A stretch of DNA of 63,421 nt, the filler included, from Sluysia triapertura (Eukaryota), in the NCBI GenBank assembly GCA_046118255.1. It is 5 parts of 5 records of this genome, joined end to end, with 100 filler letters (N's around TTAATTAATTAA, not from the genome) between each part and the next. Parts side by side here need not be neighbours in the genome. Positions count along the whole stretch, not along the records: positions 1 to 12,565 come from JBJNIA010098438.1; positions 12,666 to 23,732 come from JBJNIA010189397.1; 3 more parts are not named here. The stretch is one strand, 5' to 3'. This document shows, in pieces, positions 1 through 14,110 of this stretch. The notes below the pieces were generated by a model. The model was not told the origin of the DNA. It saw only the letters and a program-made list of their open reading frames with translations, and searched no databases. The translations under genes and the position numbers were made by a program. Numbering within the stretch: position 1 is the first letter of the stretch; the number at the start of each line of letters is the position of its first letter.

Positions 1-3000
1 TCACAATTTTTAAGGGTTCAGTTTATTTGAACCCAAGTAAACTCTTTATTATAAAAGGTTTGTATACTCAAACCTGAGTAATATCAATCATTATAGGATT
101 TTTAAAATTTAAATTAAAATCAAGCTAAAATCTGAATTGCCCATAAAATCATTTACGTAATTAAATTATTTGATATTTTGTTATTATTGATCATTTTTTG
201 ATATATTAAATTTTAACTTAAATTTGTCATTAATCTAGCCTAAGTTTGTGATAAGCCAAAGAGACTTGATTTATTAATTAATTAACCTCCATTTTTACTT
301 TTACGACAAAATCCAACGCTTGGCCGTTAAGTCGGTAAGACCAAGACGTTGGTGAACTCACTTAACATTTTTCGATTTATTCTCGCATCACATACATATT
401 TCTTGCAGTTATAATTATGAATAAATAAAATATTTAAAAATATTATGATAAGCCATTGGTTATATTTTGCTATAAAAAATATAAAGTTAACTTTCCTTGA
501 TTAACTTATGTTGTACATTACATTATTTGTAAATAAATTATTATTCGAGCGACTAAAAATATTTATGGTCGAAGAATTATTAGTTGTAACGAGATAACTG
601 CAATTTGCTTTGATCGATTATTAATACTTTGTAATATTATGGAAAAATTGCGTTGTTTCATTTTAATTTCATTCAACACTTCGATTTTGTCGCTGCTTCT
701 TTGAATATTTTCTTCTTCAGATCATGAAAAAATTAAATATTATGTTCGATAAATTTACAATTTATATAATTATTTATTTATATTTAAATCAAAATTGATG
801 CATTATATAATTTTGATTTGACAAAAATAAAGTAATAAAATAATAATAATTATGTAACATAATTTTGTAAAACATTTGTTATTTCATTGCATAGACAACC
901 AATTTAAGTTTGCAAATAACAAATGATATTAATTTTGAATTTTATAAATATCATTTTAATTAAAATTTAATTTTTGCTTTATTTAATTATTATTTAATAT
1001 AAAAATAATCAAATTTAATTAAATATTGTTTTTCTTAGAGTCACTCCAACATGAATATTCGATAATATTAATGGACTCTTTAATTATAAATTACTCATAC
1101 TTTCAAATATTATTATGATTGGATTATTGAATGCTTACTTCAAAATATAAACTTGATCTGATATTGAGTTTTTATAATATATAATGTTGATTATTATTAT
1201 TACTATTATTATTATTATTATATTAATTTATTTGCGCTAATACAAAATTTTGATTAATATGATTGTCAGTAGATAATTTGTACAAATTGAAAAACTGTAA
1301 ATAGCAACGATTTTGATAAGTTATTATAATTACATAAATGGTAATAATAATGTTAATAAAATTATAATAAAGTCAATAATAATAATACAAATTAAATTGA
1401 TCAAATAATAAAATTAAGAATAATAATAATAATAATTAATACAAAGAAAATACATAAACTTAATAAATGTTTCTCTTCTTTACATAAAATTCTATCTATT
1501 TTTCTTAAAATAAAATAAACATGAAAATAACGATAAATAATGCAAAGCATAAATCTTCAGTAAATATGTACACACAATTTTTGTGTGAAATAGTAATTGT
1601 AAAATGTGTTTTATTACTTTAAATATTGCTTAAATAAGTTTATTTTATTTTACTTCATTGTACAAAGTTATTTTTTTTCAATTATCGTACTAAGTTTCCA
1701 ATATTTATCATTATATTTATCACAATTACTTGAGGTGTAGTAAATAAAAGTTTTAAATATTAATTTCGCACAAATTCTATTAATAGTAGAGGTTCATGAT
1801 TGAGGTGTAAATTTATAATAAAACTTGATCTTAAAATTGAACTGTTTGATCATAAACTTAAATTGATCTTGAACTGTTTGTAACTTGAACCTTGACATGA
1901 GAATGTTACAAGTTCATATTCAGCTACACCGTAACATTGAAACAAGAAATAAGAATCGACATTGTTTACTTGATTACATTCTCATGTCCTATTAATTAAT
2001 TACATTCTAAATATGGTACTAATTAAATCGTACATGTTAGAAATCATTTTGTTTCTTAGAGTAATACATTTAACAAATATTTTAATTAGCTACTTTAGTA
2101 AAGAGTAGCTCTTTTAATTCAAAAGATTTGACATTGGAATTTTAAAAAGGAATATTAAAAAATTGCGAAGTATCTTAATTAATACAACTAACGACAAAAA
2201 TACAAATGGGTTTTTCCATTTTGATAGAACAGTTCTTGTACGATGCTTCGTCTTAAGTACTAAAAATGTGATCTTGAAGGTCACTAGCTATTTTAAATAA
2301 AATAAAAAGCGATTTTAATTATTTTATTCCAAAAAAAATTAAATTATTTTATTATATTATTATTTATAAAAATAATTTAAAATATTTTACTTTAAAATTA
2401 CAAAATGAAAATCAGTAAATCTTATGTAATACAAACTAGTATTTATAAATCAATACTAAATGATTTGTTATTTTACAAATCTAAATAGCGTGTATGAATT
2501 AAAATACATATTAACATAAATCGATATTTTATTACTACAAATCTAAATTTAGCTACAACTAACATAATCGATATTTTATTAAGAGTAATAATTCGGTAAC
2601 CATTATAATTAAATAATAATAGTTATCTAACTTTGCTGTTAAATTTTGATTGTATATATTATATATTCAATCTTATTTTAATATGATTTTTTCCGATTAT
2701 AATGATTTTAATCTTGAAATACTTTTGTATTACATTATTCTTTCTACATTATTCTTACATTATTCTACCCATTCCTTAATTTAAGTTGATTTTGATCGAA
2801 AATAATGATATTAATTTTTAATTGCGCATTAGTTTTATTCAATCTCAATTTAATATAATTTTAACTCTCATATAAGAATGATCCTCATGTTCTTAAAATT
2901 TGAAAATGACGTTTTGTTTAATTTCAATTTAAACTAGTTACTATTTGTTATTAAATTTTGAATTTATACTAATTCTATTAAATCTCATTTTAAATTGATA

Positions 3001-4069
3001 TAAAGCATTATAATCTTCATGATAATATCAAAATAATATTTTAATTTTACTTTGAAATAATTTTATTTTAAATTAAATAATTGAAAAATTAAAATAGGTT
3101 GAATATTATGTTATAGATTTATAAGCACGAATATTCTTAAACGTAAATCTGATGTGAAAGAAAAGTAAAAAAGAATAAAGAATGAAACAAGTAATGAAAA
3201 ATAAATTAATAAGTTTCATTACAACATATAATAAACTATAATTTGCTATTACAAATGCATTGGGCTAAATAATATTCCACAACATTCTGGAGTTTTCGAA
3301 AACTTTCACTGATTTTGATTGGCTGGTGTTTAGTATATGTACTTGATAATACTAACTATTTGTTTTACAATAGCTAACTATTTATTTATGTGTGTATTCA
3401 TTTGTTATAAAAATAATCGATAAATTTTATTGTAAAAACTTTAACATTTATTGTATTATATATATATATATATTGTAAAATTTTGATATTTGGAATAATA
3501 TTATAAAACTTTGATAGTTTTAAATATTTTAAATGTTAGTTTCATAATTAAATATTTTGATTATACATTATCTAAATATTTCATATTGTTTTGTATAATT
3601 ATTTTGTTTTATTTTTTAAAATGATGTCAAAGGTAAGTTAAAATTAATATAAATATAAGTACAATTTATACACAAAACAAAACTAAATTTTTTGAAAAAT
3701 CTTAACAAGAATTTAATAGTTTTTCTTTGGAATGAGATTAACTCGTGTTAATATTATCAAGAAGCAAAATTTTTGAAAGAAAATTTTTGGAAGAAAATTT
3801 CAAACGTTTTTGTGAAATATATAAATTGTCGTTACTTTGTTTTCAATTAAGTTTAAGTACATTTTATGTATACGATAATATTAACGTAAAATATTTATAA
3901 ACAATTGTAGAACCATTTAAAGAGGTTTAAACTTTAATTAAAATATATTTTTAATAAGATTAACAGCAATATTGTTGATCTAGCAAATATTTAATAATTA
4001 AACCTTAACCTTGATTTTAAGTTGTGCAAGTTTTATCCTTGATTGTAATTGTGTTTAATCTAATATTAT

Positions 4070-5466
4070 AATATATAAATTGTTTCAAATGTTCATATTA
4101 AAAAACAATATGAACAATTCTATTTATTACAATTTTTATTTATTTGACACCTAATAAAGTCTGATTTTTAATTGCCTAGATGCCTTTTCTCCTTGAATTT
4201 CATCAATCAGATCCCTTATTTTGTTCATCTTATCAGGAACATTAGCTTGAAAGTATTTTTCGAGATTGTTTTTGCATACTAGTAGGTGTCTTATCCTCTC
4301 ACTACTGCATCTTCAACAGAATTATTATTTGTTTCCTCTTTTCTTCATTAGAACTTTCTTTTCATACTTCTCTACTAGATCAAATAAGAGATGTTTATCA
4401 AATTTTGGATTAATCTCAAAACATGGAAAATCATCACATGCAGCATTCACTTCTTTAACACACGCATTTTCGAAAAACTTGGTAAAACAATTAGATAGAT
4501 GCTTTCGAAATCCAAACCACTGCTTTATATGAATCAACCTTTTTGCACCATATCTCTTGTATAACATTATTATCTAAATTAAAATTCATTGGCATACTTA
4601 AAAACTTCTTTCAATCTTTTTATAATAAGAGATGACGTATAATTTGATTGGAAGTCTTTAGGGTGAATAGGTGCGTTCTCTAACATTAATTTTTAGAAAA
4701 CTTGCCATATGCTTTATCCTCTTTAGAAATTATATATGTTCTGTTTAGTGAACATTTCCAGAATAGTCTGGTTTCGTCACAATTATAAACATTTCTATCG
4801 TCATATTCTTTTAAATTTGGCATGTACAACTCCTTTAAATTAAAATATACATTTCATCCACGGTTTTTGATTCCTCAATAATTCTTTTAGACGATATCAT
4901 ATAACTGGAAATAAAAGAATTAAGCCAACTGTTTGATGTTTTAAAATCATGATTTTCTAAGTGTTATGCTAATTCTAATGCTTTCTGTTGCAATACATCA
5001 CCACTGATACTAATATTTCATGTTCTTTGAATCTGGTATCAACTTGTTAACCACTACATAAATGTGTTTTTCGTTTATGTTTGGTGTGCAAGTTTGACTT
5101 CTAGATTTCGTAAGATTATTTATACAACCTAATGAAAGATTGTATTTTGATGAAAGAAAGCGTTGAGAACAACCTTTATCTTCAACGAATAATTTTAACA
5201 ATTTCTCTTTCTCTTCGATGCTTAAATCCTTTCGAAGCATCGTTTAGGATTTGTATTTTTCATGTTCATAAAAAACAGTTAATAATGAATATTTAAACAA
5301 AAAGTGGAAAAATTATTAATTTATTATACACTAATTATTGCTCACTGTTCAAAATAAACAGTGTTTATATTACAAAACTCAATTTTCCATGAAAACTATA
5401 TGGCTTTCAATAATTTTTGACTTCAATGTTCATATTAAACTCTGTTCATATTAAGCAGGTTTCATA
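4070..5466 (-). mobile_element. Degenerate pogo/Tigger-family DNA transposon (CENP-B-like HTH + DDE_1 transposase pseudogene)
   Basis: Minus strand gives MLRKDLSIEEKEKLL..SQRFLSSKYNLSLGCINN (HTH), VSGDVLQQKALELA..FKTSNSWLNSF (CENP-B HTH), VYNCDETRLFW (first catalytic D) and LENAPIHP. Many stops and frameshifts; ends approximate. Confidence 0.8.
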
Positions 5467-7436
5467 TATATTATTAAAACTATTTAGCCGTAATTGTTTT
5501 CGCAAAAGCCTATTTTTCAACATCGGAGAGAGTAACATTAAATTGATTGATCCAGTTTAATAGGATCAAACGTAAAATTATTTGTACATTTAATTACTAT
5601 TAAATCAAATTAAAATTTTTGTATAACAATCCTATTTAAGAAGGATCTTTGATAAATTCTATAGTTTCAATTTATTGAAACTGCATCCCTTGAACTGATT
5701 TTTTAAATACGAGATTTCATAACAGATATTTGTAAATTACTGAATTTTGTAGATCCCAGACAATCAATAACCTATGAAGAATTTTAATAAACCCCATCAT
5801 TTTGACGTAATTATTTACACATTCGTAATAAATACCACTAAACGTCGTTTCTAAGGCATTTGAAATTAAGTTTAACTTGCATTAGTTTCATGTTGCTATT
5901 TCTTTAAAATCTAACTGTCTACCCATAATTTGTAAGCCTAGATACGTTTGTATCTACTTTTATTCGTTAAATATCCAACATACTTATGCTTTGTAATAAC
6001 CTATACAACAAATTCGTAAGTTTTATCCAATTGTAAAATAGATTCACTCATTGAGTGTAAATCATAAAATCCACTCAAAATCTCGTTCACAAATTTTTAT
6101 GATCTCCGATCACTTAAGACTAAAATCAATTTTAAAATATTAGTTAATAAAATATTAAAGGCCAATAAAGGCTTTAATTATAAAACCCCTATGATCATTT
6201 TTATTCTTTTATATATTAAATTCTGAATCTGTTGAATTTTGTATTTAATAAAATTTTGATAATAGTCGAGTTATCAGTTGTGTAAAAGACTAAGTTTAAA
6301 CCAATTTATTTATATCAACTTTAAAATCTTTATGTGCATAAATTATATCAGGAATTTCAATTTAAGAAGTTTACATTATTGAGAGAATTCATTTAAGTAA
6401 TTACATATTAAAATTTAAATATTAAAGGTGAAAATTTACATTAAGATTTGTCATTTATGGTTACTGGAACACCCAGTCTACGTTGTAAGGCATTTACTGT
6501 AACAAGACCTTTCTGAAAATTATTTTTCCATAGGTTAAGAATAAAGAAAACCACAGTAATAGATTAATCCTTGCAGTTCACTGACCATATTTCATTACCA
6601 TCGTCTTTATTTTCCATTTATTCAAACTAATTTATTTCGTTATAAAAATTAAAATGGACCTGGCTATCAGCACTAACAAAATTTTAGATATTTACTTTAA
6701 CTCAATATTATCATTAATTATTGACTTTTATTGGATTTTGTTTTTTATGAGTTAATTTAATTCACTTTCACTTTTCTAACCCTTTATTACATAATTTATA
6801 CCTTAAACCCAGAAAAAAATCAAAATACTCAATGTAAATTATTTATTTTAATGTATAATTATACACTACCTTTAGAATAAATAAAATCCATTTTACATTT
6901 TAATTCTACACAATTTTGATTTATTTATGTCAGAAAAATATACATTAAAAGAAATGCGTTATTGTATCAATATGGTTTCGAAAAAGTGAAATTACATTTA
7001 CTAAATAATGGAAATACAATTCCAAGATTTATCATGTATAATGAATGTCCAATATAAGTGTATTTAAAAAATTGAAAGTATAATATTTTCAAGCTGGTAA
7101 TTTTGAACAAGCATTGAAAAATTTTATAAAATATTAAGTAAACAATTACAATCTAAAACCATTAATTTTAAGTCTAACTATTAACATTTAATCTTTATAT
7201 ATTAATTTCATATTTATATTTAGAACCATATTTATATAATTGCTAATACTTTATAATTTAAACTGTTTCATCATTTCATCTAATAATTTTTGTATCATCT
7301 GACATAAATTTTTAATTTCAACACATTCTTTTTATATATATAGCACAAAAAATTCATCTCATTTTGACTAAATTTTGAATCTTTACTGCTTTACAAAAAT
7401 ACGTAAAGCGACTATCATTTTATTTTTAGTCAAAAT

Positions 7437-9322
7437 TCACAGAGTATCAATAGCTGATACACATATTCTTGTTGCACATGATCTTGAATTGAGTTTGAAC
7501 AGAGGAATAGCTAAAATGTAATTAAATATTAATTTAATTAATTTTTTTTAATTTTATCGACCTATTTAAAATTGTCGTTTCGAATTACAAGAAAAGATTT
7601 TACGTTGATTTTAGTACGTTATTAACCGTACAAAATTTAATAAAAATCTAAAGTGATCATTAAAGAGAACTGAAAATATTGAAGTTCAAAATAAAAGTCA
7701 AAAACTTTTTGGTTTAGAATAGTATAAACTGTTGAGTAGAACAATATGGGGAAATTAACTAATATTGGATGAATAGGCGAATTAAAAAACAGTAACCAAA
7801 ATTGAGAAAATGAAATAATAAAAATTTATGTAATTAAATGCTGATTAACACACTGGTGTCTACAAACATTGCGAGAAAAAATGATTTTATAATTTGTGTT
7901 TTTCTTATAATAAAGGGTTAGATTTGTTCATTTTTAAATTATTTTGTTATATTAATAAAAAAATTAGTTAATAATGTTAAGTTAATGTTTATACAAATCA
8001 AACTAAAGTTAAAGAAAAATTTTCTTAGTAAATTAATAAAAATGAAATTTTTTAAATTATATATTCATACGCACTCGCCAAAATATGTATGTCACCCTTC
8101 ATATCCATTTATTTATTTAATATAATTACAATGAAACTTTATCTGAGTATTACGTCTTTTAATAATATTTTAATTTATTAATTTTTCATTATAATTAATT
8201 ATTATTTTTTTATTATCATTTGTTATTTTAATTGTTATTAATTATTATCATTACTTTATGTTCTTATTATCATAATAATTTAGGATCTGCCTGACATTTA
8301 TTTTTTAAGTTTTGCTAAACTAAGTTATCTTTAAAGTAATTATGTAAATATCATATAAAATAATCTAATAAAAATAGCAGTGAAAATGAACCCATTTTTT
8401 AAATTTCTAACCTTCATCGTTGAATTTTTTGAAATGATCAAATGACTTCCACTGAACAATAACAATAAAATCTGGATTTCGAGTTCCAAACCAATGCTGA
8501 ACATTTTCAGTGGCACAAAGCAAATAACCATCATATTTTTGAATTAATTCGCTTAAATCAAGAATGTAAAATTTAAATGCACTATCGTCTTTCGTTCTAT
8601 AAAAATCAAATTGAAGACAGTGATATTCTGAAATATAAATTAGTATATAAATTTTCTTATATTAATTGTAAATATTACCATAGTAAAGAATATTTTTGCT
8701 ATGCGATAAATTATTAACTACCATGTTATGCAATGTTCAATTTTCTCTCTATGATTAATTAATTAAAATTTACTAACAATTTTCAGATTATTCCGTATAC
8801 AATTTATTTTAAATTATCAATATTTTGATAAAAAGATCTACTAAGTTTTGAAGCATAAATCACTAACTTCCTAATTAACGCACTTTTCTTAATTATTTAA
8901 TTTAATACAATGTAAAAAATTGTAAAATATATTTGCATATCACTTTTAGAATATAACTAACCTATTGCTCGTCTAAGTGGTAAGCACAAATCAGCAGACA
9001 TTATTTCGTATGTTCCAGGTGTAATTGGTGATCGCAATTCAGTTGTAGTATGAACAAATTTTATTGCATTATCCGAATTGTCGAAACTAATAAGGATTAA
9101 TGATAATTACTTGACCATAATCCATTAGAAACATAATCTTTCAAATCTTGTTTCTCAGTAATTAATAATGTAATATTATCCATAGAAAGTACCGACATAT
9201 CTCTTTTGCGACTGTGATATTCGAATAATTGACTTTCTATGAGACAGTTCAATTGAAATGTTGGAGTTATCAAAAGAACAAATTTTATAACAGATACCAA
9301 ATGCATACTTTGTCGATTAACA
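7437..9322 (-). CDS. DUF1330-like (dimeric alpha/beta barrel) protein gene, three 3' exons; one frameshift near 9103 (pseudogene or assembly error)
   Basis: Exons 9322-8962, 8627-8412 and 7510-7437 have GT-AG ends and matching phases (1,1). The middle exon is open: YHCLQFDFYRTKDDSAFKFYILDLSELIQKYDGYLLCATENVQHWFGTRNPDFIVIVQWKSFDHFKKFNDE. The last exon ends AIPLFKLNSRSCATRICVSAIDTL*. Domain call is by motif resemblance only. Confidence 0.55.
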
Positions 9323-10799
9323 CTGGAAAAACAAAAAAATAAAAAAAGGTTGATAATAAGGATAAAAAAATAATAATGATAACAATAACGTAATTATTAT
9401 TAAATGTTTTAAAATAATGTTGATGTTAATGTGAAAGTTATTATGTGGTAATCGTGGCATTTATATTACACGACAATAATCCTAATAATTATTATATATT
9501 TTAATACGACTGGAATTATAATAACAATAGTTATAGTTCATGATAATTATGTACAATGGTTATGTTTGTTTTTTGAATGAGTCTAATAGTTTTTTTAATG
9601 TTCTGTGTAAGTAAGTGATGTTTTTATGTGATGAAGTATAATGAATTTTATATGATTTCCCTACACAAGTTATAGTCTTTCAAAATAATATAATTATTAT
9701 AATAAAATAATCTTGTTGATTTGGATATTTTAAAGAGATTTTACTTAGCAACAAATTTAAACTGTTGCTGAAATAAATTATGAAATGATTTTAAGTTTAC
9801 TTAATCACCACTACTATTAAATTCCTGGTTATTAAAACTTCAAGCAAATAAAACTAACGAATAAACTAAAAAGATTGACAGGATATTAGTTTACGAATAT
9901 AATTTTTCCGTAAACGTTATGCAGTATTAGTTTTCTCCAACAAAATAATTTTTTTTGACATCACGATACAATATTATTTCCAGAAAAAATTTTCAAAATA
10001 AATAATGTGTTCATTCTAGATTTAGGTTGTTTATATACTTTAACATAACACTGACCTTGAAAAAATGTTTAATTGAAAAATTAAAACAAATAATTCTATT
10101 AATTTGTTAGTTTTAGTTTTTTAATTTTATTATTTTATACTTTAGAATTTCGAAAATCAATCAATTTTATATTATCAAATACCAATTAAATATAATAAAA
10201 AATAAACAAAATAAATATTAAAATAAAATAAACAAATTATAATTGTTAGAGTATAAATAGATATCAACATAAATATTGATTATACAAAATAAATACACAA
10301 TTGTTTAGAATAGTTATTTGCATATAAATATTGATTTACATATGAATATATAAATATTACATAGTGACATAACTTTTGCATACTGACAGTGTGTATGTAT
10401 GTTTATTTTTATTACTTCTACTATATTATTAATTATATTTATTATTATTTATTCTTTTTATATTTTTAATTTTTTAAAGCAATTATCTACTTACAAATGA
10501 AAGTAGGATATTATAGTGATTATTATTATAACTATTATTATTATAACTATTGTTATTATTTATTATTGCTATTATTGTTTATTATTTTTATCATTGATAT
10601 TTATAATTATTGCAAATATTAAAAAGGAAATAAAAATTAGTTATAATTTGGCAACAAAAAATCAATGAACTTAAAAATACCAGAAAGCAGTGTTATTTTT
10701 ACTATTACATGTTTATTAATATTACTTCATTTTATATGTGTTGCTCTATCCGATTCACGTTTATATGAACAATCAGATAATGGATATTATAAAGATCGA

Positions 10800-10960
10800 A
10801 TTTAGTATCTGTTATAAAATTTGTGCCACATTGTTTTTCTTAAATAACTCCAACATTTCAAATGAACTGTCTCGTCGTAAGTCAATTATCCGAATATCAT
10901 GATCGTACTAAAAATAGGTTATTTTCTATTGATAATATTACCATATTAATTACTGAGAAA
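10800..10960 (+). pseudogene. Inverted, decayed duplicate of part of the 9322-8962 exon
   Basis: LVSVIKFVPHCFS*ITPTFQMNCLVVSQLSEYH..IDNITILITEK here versus LVSVIKFVLLITPTFQLNCLIESQLFEYH..MDNITLLITEK on the minus strand at about 9150-9300; clear nucleotide similarity. Confidence 0.75.
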
Positions 10961-12565
10961 ATATTTTCGTTATTGTTCGATTAGATGTTCCAACTATTTA
11001 TGAATATAATATATTAGCTCAGATAGAAACACTAAAATATCCAGGATTTTCTGTTATTTGTAAGCCTAATTTAAAATCACATGAAATATTATTAAAATTT
11101 AATTCTAATTTAGTTAGTGGATTGGATTAATCAAAGTAAAAATTCGTTACCTGATAATCTAAAATATTTTACTGATGATTTTTGTTTATTGTGTAAAATT
11201 GTCATTAAATCTGATTTAACACCAAAAGCAATAAGATCTATGAATGATTTAACATCATTAGTTAAATTTGTGAAAATGATATTATTTTTGTTAAATGTCA
11301 AATATTTCTATTAATGTATCAATTTAATATAAAGTTATATTTAGCATTTTCTAAAGTATCAGTTGGATCATAGTATAGAGTCTGTGGAACCAAAAATATC
11401 AATATCACTGACAAATTTTCGTTCATTTTAATTTCATATGAAATCTTATATCTTGAAATAATTGTAACCACTTTGATTGTACCTCTTTCTAGCAGATATC
11501 TTACCAATGGATATTTTAAATCATTTCATGATTGAAGGTTAGAACCAACTTGACCAAACTCAATAACTTTATCGATTGGAGATATTTTATTTGAAAACAT
11601 CTTTCATTTGAAATATTCGTGTTTCAATTTTTCCAATACAGTGATTACTAAAAACATTATCAAGATTTTTCAATAATAGATAATCGTTTTGACATGTCAT
11701 AATAATAATGCAATCTTTTTTCACAAGCTACGTTTTTAAATAAAAAACGTATAATATTTCTGTTTGGTTGTCATCACAACCCTTTAAAATAATTTAAAAA
11801 TGACAAAATTATTTAAAAATATTTAAAACCATCAAAAAATTAATTAAAAGCATATAAAATATTTTAAAACCATTTATTAATTTTTAAAATTACTTAATAA
11901 ACAATTATTTTCCAAAAAAGAAAATAAAATTTCTAGAATATTTTAGAACATTCCATCTATTTTCAATCGTTTTATTAGTTTTGATAAAAAATGTCTAAGT
12001 AATTAATTATGTGAAGAATTTTAAAGCATTTATTTGGTTAATTCGTAGGCTTTAATTATGTACTTTTTTCTCTTATTTACTTAAGGAATAACGTATACTT
12101 AATATCATTTTGCTCTAAGGTTAAGTTAAAGTATTTTTACTCTTGTAATTTATAATAATATAAACGTAAGAAATTCCTCAAAAAAACTTATAACAAAAGT
12201 TTTAAGGTTATTAAAGGCATATTTGGAACGAACATTCATATAAACAGTGTTACGGAGACTTTATCTGAAATTATCTCTCCTTATTTGTTCTCAGTATTGC
12301 TACAAAATATTTTTGGAAAAAGAATTATTAACTCGATGCTTTGTCAATTCCCATTATAAGTAGTGAGTTTTTATTACATACATTTTGATGTTTTTTTAAA
12401 GGAAGATTTAACGTTGGACTTAATTTTAAACAATTACTGACTAGATTAAAGCTAGCATATTAACATCTATTTAAAATTTTATATTGATTATTGTGAATAT
12501 TTAGATTTTTGTTTATATCTCAATACTGATCTTTAAAACTCTGCTCATCAATCCACAATAAGATC

Positions 12566-12665
12566 NNNNNNNNNNNNNNNNNNNNNNNNNNNNNNNNNNN
12601 NNNNNNNNNTTAATTAATTAANNNNNNNNNNNNNNNNNNNNNNNNNNNNNNNNNNNNNNNNNNNN
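12566..12665. other. Artificial contig-joining spacer (N44-TTAATTAATTAA-N44)
   Basis: 100 bp, identical at four sites; the 12-mer has stops in all six frames. Confidence 0.95.
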
Positions 12666-14110
12666 TTGTTGATAATTAATATTTGAATATAGTGAATACA
12701 TAAATAATTGATTTATTTTTGCAGTTAATTAAATTAATATCTACTTAATTTAAATAATATTTTGAATGAAAACTGCAACAATTTATTAAAAATTTTATTA
12801 TTATTATTAAAGCAAATATTAGTGACTAAATACTACTATGGGTACTATTTGTTTGTAAATACAAAAAAGTATTAAAAAACAAGATTTTATAAATTTCACT
12901 CACAAAAAATACAAAGGAAAATGTCGATAACAGTTATAATTAAGCCTCATTTTGGAAATATTATTATTTATGTTTAAGAAACTCTGCAGTTTATTTATGT
13001 AATAGATTTGGAAAAAATTTCAGTTTAAATTTGATCGTTTCTAAGGGAAATTTTAATTTATGAAAATATAAAATAGGTGCAACTTTAAATTAAATCTTTA
13101 GTAATTTTTATATACAACATAAAATCATTTTAAAAAATTTGTAACAGCTAAATATTAATTAATAAAATTAATATTATTAAACATCCCCTATATAATATCA
13201 TGTATATTACTACTAAAGTCTAACATTCGACACTATATAAACTTACTTAATTTACAATTTTCATAATTTAACAAGTTTTTGTAATTAGAGTTGAATTGAA
13301 TATTCATCTAAGAATTGTAATTGAATTAATATTTTTTATATCAAAGTTTGATTTACCTATATAATATTTTGCGTTATAATATATACAGTTTTGTTATAAA
13401 CTTACCTGATTTAAAATTTTTAGGAATAATAGTTTTTTATTTATAATCTAATTTTTCTAAAGCTTATAAATGACTTAATTTAAAATTAAATTAATATTTT
13501 TGTATCTAAAGGTTCATATTATTATTTTGTATAATTGTTTTAGTTTAGTATAATATTTGGTGTTTATTAATAAATAACCTTAGTATTAAAGTGTGTATTC
13601 TCTTGATATTGAGTAAGATAAAATTTGAATAATTGAATTAATACTTTATAAAGTCATACTAAGTCTATTCCCTGAATTATAAGAAGTTCCTTATCAGGAA
13701 AGTTCAATAACAGCTAGATCTAACAAATAGGTAAAATCCAGAATAAATATAAGCAAAAACATCCAGTAAACGATTGTTCTATAAGTTTTATTGTTCCCTA
13801 AGTCATTCTTAAATAAGTTTTATATACGAATAATATTACAAGTTTATTATAATCTTGTTGAATAAGTTCTAATTTTATACGAATATGGTTTTTATTATTA
13901 TCACATAAGTTGTACCTGAATAAGTGTTATAAGTTTTGACTAAATTTATAAGTGATTACTCAATTAATACGAATTAATTTAAGAGTTTTATAAGATTTAA
14001 AGGATAAATCATATTACTAAATCCTAATTTCATAAGAATTGTAAGATTTGAATAAAATTGCTAAACAAATTGTACCTTTTGACGATTACAGAGCTAAATT
14101 AAGAAACTAT

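Noticed and set aside
3621-3638. Possible first coding exon ATGATGTCAAAG|GTAAGT with an upstream CCAAT-like box
   Set aside because: No downstream exon could be linked to it.
5500-6700. Possible L1/Tx1-like LINE remnant on the minus strand (WSVNCKGL, TYLGLQI)
   Set aside because: Motifs too short and degraded to support a call.
10990-11070. DEG/ENaC channel (YPGFSVIC resembling FPAVTIC)
   Set aside because: Single weak motif; the neighbouring sequence is explained by the inverted exon duplicate.
13150-14050. 5' LTR/PBS of the gag element
   Set aside because: Leader-like, but no TG..CA boundary, PBS or matching second copy could be found in the contig.
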